DNA of 24,000 nt from Candidatus Heimdallarchaeota archaeon (GTDB lineage: Archaea > Asgardarchaeota > Heimdallarchaeia > Hodarchaeales > Hodarchaeaceae), in contig CP070695.1 in the NCBI GenBank assembly GCA_020353515.1, forward strand, positions 2,436,913 through 2,460,912, written 5' to 3'. The notes beneath the pieces are model-generated. The model ran no database searches and was not told the origin of the DNA. It saw only the letters and a list, made by a program, of their open reading frames with translations. Below, piece after piece: positions 17,967-24,000 of this stretch. The stretch's first letter is position 1, and every line of letters starts with the position of its first letter. A program made the position numbers and the translations under genes.

Positions 17967-18641
17967 ATGAAAAAGTCGAAGACTCCTTTTTTAATAGTCA
18001 TATTCGCATTAGTCGGTTGTACCTTGAGCCCATCTATAGCTAATCAACAAACTATCGACATTCTACAAGTAACGAAGATTGGTTCATCTGTCTCAATTTT
18101 TCTAGATTTTGATCTGAACTCAACCTCCCAGCTTGATTCAAATAAATCATTAGCAGTATTAGTCGTATTTACTCAAGATGAACCATTCGTAATTGAGGCA
18201 ACGATGTTATTCTTCCATACAGTAGAAGAAGACTTCCTTTTCTGGATGCTTGGAGATCCCTATACTCAAGCCCAGATCTGGCAATTAGGTGTTGAAAATG
18301 AGCATTTTCAAACTCAAAATGAATTATTAACTTTGAATTTCATAGAATACCTTGGTATCACCAAACCCGAAATAAATCCTTTTGTGATAGCTTTAATCGC
18401 TTCAGGTGAAGTAAATAATCAGACAAATGATTTTAGACCAATTTTAGAGCAATTTGTAATGTTTTTACCTATACATTATGAATTTCCAAGCATAGAGCAG
18501 CCAGGTACTACTGAAGAGACATCAGCTAAAAAATCGTCTCAAGGAAGCGTGGGTGGTCTTACACCAGGTTTTACAATCCTTTCTACTGTGGGTATCTTTC
18601 TTTCAACACTCATTGTACTAAGATTCAAACGGAAAAAGTGA
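17967..18641 (+). CDS. Putative lipoprotein with PGF-CTERM sorting signal, otherwise uncharacterised
   Basis: 224-aa ORF starting 27 nt after the Hcp-like gene. The N-terminus MKKSKTPFLIVIFALVGC carries a lipobox-like LVGC. The C-terminus has a Thr/Ser/Glu linker, then PGFTILSTVGIFLSTLIVLRFKRKK (PGF + TM + basic tail). Confidence 0.72.
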   Translation: MKKSKTPFLIVIFALVGCTLSPSIANQQTIDILQVTKIGSSVSIFLDFDLNSTSQLDSNKSLAVLVVFTQDEPFVIEATMLFFHTVEEDFLFWMLGDPYTQAQIWQLGVENEHFQTQNELLTLNFIEYLGITKPEINPFVIALIASGEVNNQTNDFRPILEQFVMFLPIHYEFPSIEQPGTTEETSAKKSSQGSVGGLTPGFTILSTVGIFLSTLIVLRFKRKK

Positions 18642-18695
18642 GAAATCAACATAAAAGGTACAAATAGTGAAAAATTGGCTAGTTTTAATAGCACG

Positions 18696-19550
18696 TCAGA
18701 TATCGTGGTTCTTTCGAAGATAGCTAACTTCTCCCTCCTCTTTTTGATTGTGATTTTTCCCATATTGTTTCATTAAGTACTTGTAGCTATACCAATACTG
18801 GAACCCAAGCTTTTCATATAACACAATTGCTTTCCTATTCTCTTTCTCAACATGAAGCCAGCAGATAGTTGCACCATGATTTCTACCCCATTCTATAGCT
18901 TCAGTTAATAGAGAAAAACCAATTTTTTGTCTTCTATGATCAGGGTGAATGAATAATTCAGCAATATAGAGGTATCCTTGGGGATCTAAAATAGCCATAA
19001 CAGAACCAACAATAGAATTCTCTTTCTTTGCTAAAATAAAACGCTTTTTTGGAATTTTAATTCGTTGTGTTACCTCAAGCATGATGTTTTGATCTTCAGT
19101 ATAATTTGAGGAGAAAGTTGTCAAAAATTCAGAAAATTCAGAAGATTGTTCTTCAGTGACTTCATAAACAATTTCTTCATTCAGTTTAGTCTGTAATTCT
19201 TGAATTTCTAAACCCATAGTATTTATTGAGTAGTCACTATACATATAACCCCGATTACGTAATTTTTCCTCAAGTTCTGAAGGATAAAAATAGGACGATA
19301 ATTTGAATCTCGCTGGTAAGTTATATTTTCTATAAGCTGATTCCACAAAATCAATATCTTTTTCTAAATTGATGCCAGTATACTTCACGGCTAAAACGGA
19401 GTTAGATCGACCAGTATTACCTCCAGTAAATGTTAAAATCCAACCATTCAAAAAAAAATAGTGTTTTGGAGGCCAGATGTTAAAAAATATCTTCTGATAT
19501 TTTATTATCTCTTCTTTTGATAGCATCAATCCCACTGATCTTTGGATCAT
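18696..19550 (-). CDS. GNAT family N-acetyltransferase (two-domain)
   Basis: 284-aa ORF. The C-terminal GNAT core is YIAELFIHPDHRRQKIGFSLLTEAIEWGRNHGATICWLHVEKENRKAIVLYEKLGF. The N-terminal GWILTFTGGNTGRSNSVLAV block is typical of tandem-GNAT proteins. Confidence 0.8.
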   Translation of the reverse strand: MIQRSVGLMLSKEEIIKYQKIFFNIWPPKHYFFLNGWILTFTGGNTGRSNSVLAVKYTGINLEKDIDFVESAYRKYNLPARFKLSSYFYPSELEEKLRNRGYMYSDYSINTMGLEIQELQTKLNEEIVYEVTEEQSSEFSEFLTTFSSNYTEDQNIMLEVTQRIKIPKKRFILAKKENSIVGSVMAILDPQGYLYIAELFIHPDHRRQKIGFSLLTEAIEWGRNHGATICWLHVEKENRKAIVLYEKLGFQYWYSYKYLMKQYGKNHNQKEEGEVSYLRKNHDI

Positions 19551-19864
19551 ATCATTAGGCTAAAATAAGTAAAATGAGGAAGGAGAGATTCCATCTATTT
19601 ATATAAAATTTCTAATGGGCAAAAAAGTTACAGGAATATTCTTTCAGGCCTATTCATCTTTAACCTCTCTATGTGTGTTGAGAAAATCTCATGACTTAGT
19701 TATTTTTTGATTAGAATTCTTTCTCCCAATTCTTCCTCAATATAAGAACACGCTTAGGAAAGAAAAAAAATGAATTATTTAAAATAACCAGTAACCAATT
19801 TGATTTCATACTGGAAGATTTATAAGAATCATGGTTATTAAGTAGGTATCTAAAGAGGAAGTCC

Positions 19865-20395
19865 TTGAAGATGATAACAGTCACAAAGGAACAAAGGTTA
19901 GAAAATTATCCAATTAAAATTGTTTGTTCTTCGGTAACTCTAACAGTCATTAGTTATCTACTAGGTACACTTGTACTTTATGTTCTTCATCCATTTCTTG
20001 GAATTCTGTATCTCTTATTAGCAGTTTCTACAATTATTGTTAGTATGAAATTAAGGTGTTCGTATTGTTATTATCTTGGAAAGTACTGTAATTTTGGCCT
20101 GGGAAAACTTGCTGCTCTCTTTTTTAAAAAAGGAATTTCAAGAGAGTTTCAGAATCCTAAAAAAGTCATTTCAACGGCTATATTGAGTTTTGGAACAATG
20201 CTACTCCCAGTAATTACAGGATTCGGGTTAATACTGTTTTCTTTTTCTCTAATAAATTTTAGTCTTCTTTTGGTGTATATCTTATTTGGGATTTTACCAG
20301 GTTTTCTTGTCCGAGGTAATTTTTGTGATAAATGCATCCAAGGTCAGCTTGGTTGTCCAGCTTATCAGCAGATGATAAAAGGAAGGGAAAAATAA
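19865..20395 (+). CDS. Small polytopic membrane protein with two Cys clusters, function unknown
   Basis: 176-aa ORF. The called start is TTG at 19865, but ATG at 19871 is more likely. It has four hydrophobic helices. The Cys motifs are CSYCYYLGKYCNFG and CDKCIQGQLGCPAY. Confidence 0.6.
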   Translation: MKMITVTKEQRLENYPIKIVCSSVTLTVISYLLGTLVLYVLHPFLGILYLLLAVSTIIVSMKLRCSYCYYLGKYCNFGLGKLAALFFKKGISREFQNPKKVISTAILSFGTMLLPVITGFGLILFSFSLINFSLLLVYILFGILPGFLVRGNFCDKCIQGQLGCPAYQQMIKGREK

Positions 20396-20445
20396 AAGGA
20401 TGACCTAAATTAATCCCCTTAGAATATCAAAGGAATTATTTTCAA

Positions 20446-21405
20446 ATGGAAATACTTGAATATGATGAAGTAGACCCTCTCGATGTTCTTCAACTGAATT
20501 TAATGGCATTGGATTTTGCATTAACCCCTGAGCGAGTGAAATTAATCCGTCAGTATGACACCCGTGCTTTTCCGTGTTTTGCAATCTATGCCAGTATTAA
20601 TAATGTAATCACAGGCCAGGTTGGCCTTTTTCGCTTACCCATGGTATCTATAAATGGACCAGAAGATGTGGGTGGGGTCTGGGCGGTCTCTACACATCCT
20701 GAATATAAACGTAAAGGGATTGCAACGCGTTTATTAAATGAAGCTCATGAACGGATGCGAACAGAAGGATTGAGATTTTCTACTCTCGGAACTTCATCTT
20801 TTCGATTAGCTTACTCATTATACCTGAAATGTGGTTATCAGGATGTTTTCTCCTCAACATCAATATTACTGCCTCAAAAATTAATCCCAAGTTCATTTAT
20901 TTTTACTACCGAACAAGCTTCACAAGACAACTTACATCTTGCGGATTCCTTTTTTTCGAAAGTATCCAAGGGAGCCTTAGGTTTTTCCCATCGTTTTGAT
21001 GGCTTTCTCTCGACCATGTGTCGGATTGGTGAGATAGCAATGGGACCGATCTCAGAACATAGTGTATGGTTTATTAATAATGAAGGTAGATTGGTCGGGT
21101 ACGCAATTGTATCTGTCGCAGGCTCTATCCTCAAAATTCATGACATTCTTCTCGCAAGTGAAGTATCAGTGGTTGACGCGCTTCCCGCTTTAATTCAAAA
21201 TCTCCCATGTTCCTATGTTCATATTAAGTCAACTCACTCCTCGGTTACAAGAAGTTTAATCCGACTAGGAGGCCGCGTTGTTCCTCAAGATTGGAGTACA
21301 TTCATGATAAAATCACTAACAAAGGATGTGATGAAACTCGATCTAAAGAGTCACTTCGGTATTGGAACAGATAAATTCTTGTTCTCATGGCTAGATAGTA
21401 CATAA
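20446..21405 (+). CDS. Eis-like GNAT acetyltransferase (GNAT + C-terminal extension)
   Basis: 319-aa ORF. The acetyl-CoA binding block is GGVWAVSTHPEYKRKGIATRLLNEAHERMRTEGLRFSTL. Length and layout resemble COG4552/Eis-type enzymes. Confidence 0.7.
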   Translation: MEILEYDEVDPLDVLQLNLMALDFALTPERVKLIRQYDTRAFPCFAIYASINNVITGQVGLFRLPMVSINGPEDVGGVWAVSTHPEYKRKGIATRLLNEAHERMRTEGLRFSTLGTSSFRLAYSLYLKCGYQDVFSSTSILLPQKLIPSSFIFTTEQASQDNLHLADSFFSKVSKGALGFSHRFDGFLSTMCRIGEIAMGPISEHSVWFINNEGRLVGYAIVSVAGSILKIHDILLASEVSVVDALPALIQNLPCSYVHIKSTHSSVTRSLIRLGGRVVPQDWSTFMIKSLTKDVMKLDLKSHFGIGTDKFLFSWLDST

Positions 21406-21411
21406 CTAAAG

Positions 21412-21974
21412 TTAATCTAAGGCATCTAAACTCTCAGGTGGAGCTGCAATTTTTCCATTCAAGATTGGATCATTAGTTTCTTCTAGCCACTGGACTAACA
21501 TGGTTTTTAGGCTTCCCTTTATCTTAGAATACTCATGTTTGTTAGCTAGATTCTTCATTTCAAACGGATCATTCTCTAGATCATACAGCTCTTCTTCTTC
21601 TATAGGGATATTAAAATCAGGATTTTGTTTAATGTATATCTCTGTGGATTCTGTTGATGCAAAACCAATTGGAATTTCGAAGCGAGTTGGAATAGTCTCA
21701 AAATTCATAATAAATTTCCATTTTCTTGTACGAATTGCTCGCATTGCATTATAGCAATCATGATATGTCAATTCTGAGAAGATATGTTCTCGTTCTTTGT
21801 ACTCTTCGCCTTTTAACAATGGATAGAAACTTCGGCCTTTAACATCTTCTGGAACCTCCACTCCTACTAATTCTGACAATGTTGGGTATAAATCGATATT
21901 GGATGTCCATAACAACCAAAATAATCTCCAGTGTCATGAGTTATAATTAGGATAATGTTTGGGGTAGAATTCAT
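21412..21974 (-). pseudogene. Sulfatase (arylsulfatase family) remnant with a large internal deletion and frameshift
   Basis: The ATG at 21974 opens MNSTPNIILIITHDTGDYFGCYG, a typical sulfatase N-terminus. That frame then runs into a TAG at 21867-21869. A different frame (21412-21915, TTG only, no ATG) encodes the sulfatase C-terminal region (TSNIDLYPTLSELVGVEVPEDVKGRSFYPLL...LYDLENDPFEMKNLA). The catalytic C/S-x-P-x-R segment and the central ~250 aa are absent. Confidence 0.72.
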
Positions 21975-22028
21975 TATTTTCTTACTAATGAATATCTACT
22001 TATCATCCTTTTTGGAATATAGGAAGGA

Positions 22029-22313
22029 TTAATTTAACTCAAAACTATTCCAATTAGATTGTTTGACCATTAATGGAGACATTTTACTAAGTTGTTCTTT
22101 GAATACCCCCGATTTTGATACTTTAATGGCATCCTCTTTACTTTGCCAATAAGTAAGAAATGATAATTTATTGTTGTCTTGATTTATGACAAGTCTCCAA
22201 CCTTCCCATCCTTGTTGTTCTTGAAATAATGGGATTATCTCACATTCAATGAGAGTTGCTACATTCTCAGTATTTTCGCCTTTAATAAGGCCTGTAAATA
22301 AATTTGTATACAT
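22029..22313 (-). CDS. Small cytoplasmic protein, possibly ABM/Dabb (ferredoxin-like) fold
   Basis: 94-aa ORF with an ATG start. The pattern of a hydrophobic beta strand followed by W..S.EDA (LSFLTYWQSKEDAIKVSKSG) resembles antibiotic-biosynthesis-monooxygenase-like domains. This is a weak call. Confidence 0.4.
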   Translation of the reverse strand: MYTNLFTGLIKGENTENVATLIECEIIPLFQEQQGWEGWRLVINQDNNKLSFLTYWQSKEDAIKVSKSGVFKEQLSKMSPLMVKQSNWNSFELN

Positions 22314-22650
22314 TCTATTTTCACCTTTTTATTCGCTTTCAATTAAAGGATCCATTAAAAATTATTGATATTTTTCTATACGATATTCGTATATGATGAT
22401 ATTTAGTAGGAGGCAGAATCGGATTTTTTTAACTTGAAATCTAATCTGGTACAATTTAAAGCTGATTTGCTTGTTTTCTCTTCTCTTTCACATTATTTTT
22501 GATGAATTCTACCCTTATGAGAATTCACAATTTCCTTTCTGAAATCTGTCAAAAATTGATATTTTCCTTTTATAATTGATATAATTGCTTTAGGGTGGAG
22601 TTAAATAGCACTCACCTAAACAACGTTCTTCCTATCATACTTTTAAAATC

Positions 22651-23814
22651 TTAAGTTTCCCTTAAAGTAAATCGACTTCCAATGAGAAAGAGGACAAAGA
22701 AGAGAAGCATAGCAATCAGTTCACCATTGAAAATTTCCAAGACATATCCTTCAATTGAGATCCGTCGCAACAGATTAACACCATACGTCGTAGGTAATAA
22801 ATAACATACCCATTGAATAATCTTTGGGATTTGGCTAATCGGGATAACTATTCCTGAGAGTAATAGTGCAGGTAATATCACTAGAGGGACAAATTGGATT
22901 GCTTGAAATTCTGAGCGAGCAAAAGATGATAAAAATATTGCCAATACTAATCCTGTCCATCCAAGTATGACCGCACCGATATAAAGTGAGATATAATGTG
23001 CTAATGTAGTTCCAAAGGACACATTAAACAGAGCACGCGCGACAATAATTATCACGGTCGTTTGAGCCATACTAACAACTGAGAATGCTACCAGATAACC
23101 GATGATTATTTGGCCCTTATCGTGAGGACACTGCAGAAGCAATGGTAATGTCCCTCCTTTCCTTTCTCCGATCAAGTTCATCATAATGAGTATAAAGGAG
23201 AAGAAAAACACACCAAAAATAATCATTGCCGGAGCAAAAAAATCAAGAGTGGTCGAATCCTCTCCATAAGCATATTCTACATCAAATTTTAGATTTTCTC
23301 GTAAATCACCTGTAGCTTCTTGAAATGCTTCTTGGAATGCCTGAATTATAACACCTCCCTCTTGAGGATTGCTATTATCTAAAAACAACTTAATTGAAAC
23401 ATTTTCACCTGTAAAGGAAGCCAGATTGTAGGTAAAATTCTGAGGAATCCAAATGGCACATCTATATTGTTTGTCACGAACCAGTTCTTCTACTTCAGAA
23501 TATTTAAGAGTACTAAGAGTAACATCCACTTTTGCTGATTCATCAAGAGAATTAACTATTTTTGTTCCAAGTGAGGGTATGTCCTGATAAGTAAAGTTAA
23601 TGAAAGGATAAGTCGGAATTTGGACTATTCTTGTTACTCGTGCATCACTATCCTCATTGATGACAATGATTGGTTCATGTTCTATTTCCCCTCCAAAAGC
23701 AACACCAAAAACTATAATATATATGATTGGGGCAAATAATAACAATCCTAATGTCCGTCTATCGCGAAGGAGTTGTTTCCATAATCTTAGAGTTATTAAG
23801 TATGCAAATTTCAA
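22651..23814 (-). CDS. ABC-2 type transporter permease
   Basis: 387-aa ORF. An N-terminal TM helix is followed by a large extracytoplasmic loop and five C-terminal TM helices, the typical ABC-2 architecture. The TTG start overlaps the stop of the upstream ATPase (TTGA), with GGAGG 7 nt upstream. Confidence 0.85.
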   Translation of the reverse strand: MKFAYLITLRLWKQLLRDRRTLGLLLFAPIIYIIVFGVAFGGEIEHEPIIVINEDSDARVTRIVQIPTYPFINFTYQDIPSLGTKIVNSLDESAKVDVTLSTLKYSEVEELVRDKQYRCAIWIPQNFTYNLASFTGENVSIKLFLDNSNPQEGGVIIQAFQEAFQEATGDLRENLKFDVEYAYGEDSTTLDFFAPAMIIFGVFFFSFILIMMNLIGERKGGTLPLLLQCPHDKGQIIIGYLVAFSVVSMAQTTVIIIVARALFNVSFGTTLAHYISLYIGAVILGWTGLVLAIFLSSFARSEFQAIQFVPLVILPALLLSGIVIPISQIPKIIQWVCYLLPTTYGVNLLRRISIEGYVLEIFNGELIAMLLFFVLFLIGSRFTLRET

Positions 23815-24000
23815 GCTGTATCCTCCTTAATTAACTCAAAAAACATGTTCTCCATATTAATCTGCCCAGTTCGTTTCAACAGATTTTCTGGTGTATCAAC
23901 TGCTAAGAGAGATCCATCTCTCATCACACCCACTCTATCTGCCCATTCAGCTTCATTTAAATAGTGAGTAGTGACCAATATTGTGGTTCCTTGATCTTTA
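23811..24000 (-). CDS. ABC transporter ATP-binding protein, C-terminal part (gene continues beyond the window)
   Basis: The minus-strand translation from the window edge is KDQGTTILVTTHYLNEAEWADRVGVMRDGSLLAVDTPENLLK...EDTA*. It contains the H-loop/switch region (TTH) typical of ABC ATPases. Confidence 0.85.
   Translation of the reverse strand, partial: KDQGTTILVTTHYLNEAEWADRVGVMRDGSLLAVDTPENLLKRTGQINMENMFFELIKEDTA

Noticed and set aside
22503-22527. Perfect 8-bp inverted repeat TGAATTCT-(9 nt)-AGAATTCA in the 337-bp intergenic region, plus a nearby AATTGATAT direct repeat (around 22553-22585)
   Set aside because: It is short and AT-rich in an AT-rich spacer, has no flanking T-tract to support a terminator, and has no second copy elsewhere in the window. 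It could be an operator, but it is not distinguishable from chance.

Overview
Visibly AT-rich, gene-dense prokaryotic window that I read as archaeal. Two proteins end in PGF-CTERM (archaeosortase A) sorting signals, the tRNA genes lack an encoded CCA and have A1-U72 acceptor ends, and several starts are preceded by GGTGA/GGAGG Shine-Dalgarno motifs. Most of the content is housekeeping or accessory metabolism: a saccharopine-dehydrogenase-like oxidoreductase, an M24B Xaa-Pro peptidase, a nitronate monooxygenase/FabK-like flavoenzyme, a PflX-type radical SAM enzyme, a TSUP permease, a QueG/reductive-dehalogenase-like Fe-S protein, a creatininase-fold hydrolase, a SAM methyltransferase, two GNATs and an ABC-2 exporter. 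Five things are worth a second look. (1) An Hcp/TssD (type VI secretion tube) family protein carries an N-terminal signal/anchor and is followed 27 nt later by a lipobox + PGF-CTERM protein, with no other T6SS genes visible in the window. (2) A full-length bacterial-type glutaminyl-tRNA synthetase is followed immediately by both tRNA-Gln isoacceptors (CUG and UUG), in a lineage class that textbook knowledge says normally lacks GlnRS. (3) A 1006-aa surface glycoprotein is built from 5 x ~147-aa repeats, 2 x ~85-aa Ig-like repeats, a Thr/Pro stalk and PGF-CTERM. (4) A 7TM + HisKA-only sensor is split by a single in-frame TAA. (5) A sulfatase gene is reduced to an N-terminal 23-aa stub joined out of frame to its C-terminal third. 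No CRISPR array, transposase or integrase is evident. All functional calls rest on my reading of motifs in the translations; no database search was run.
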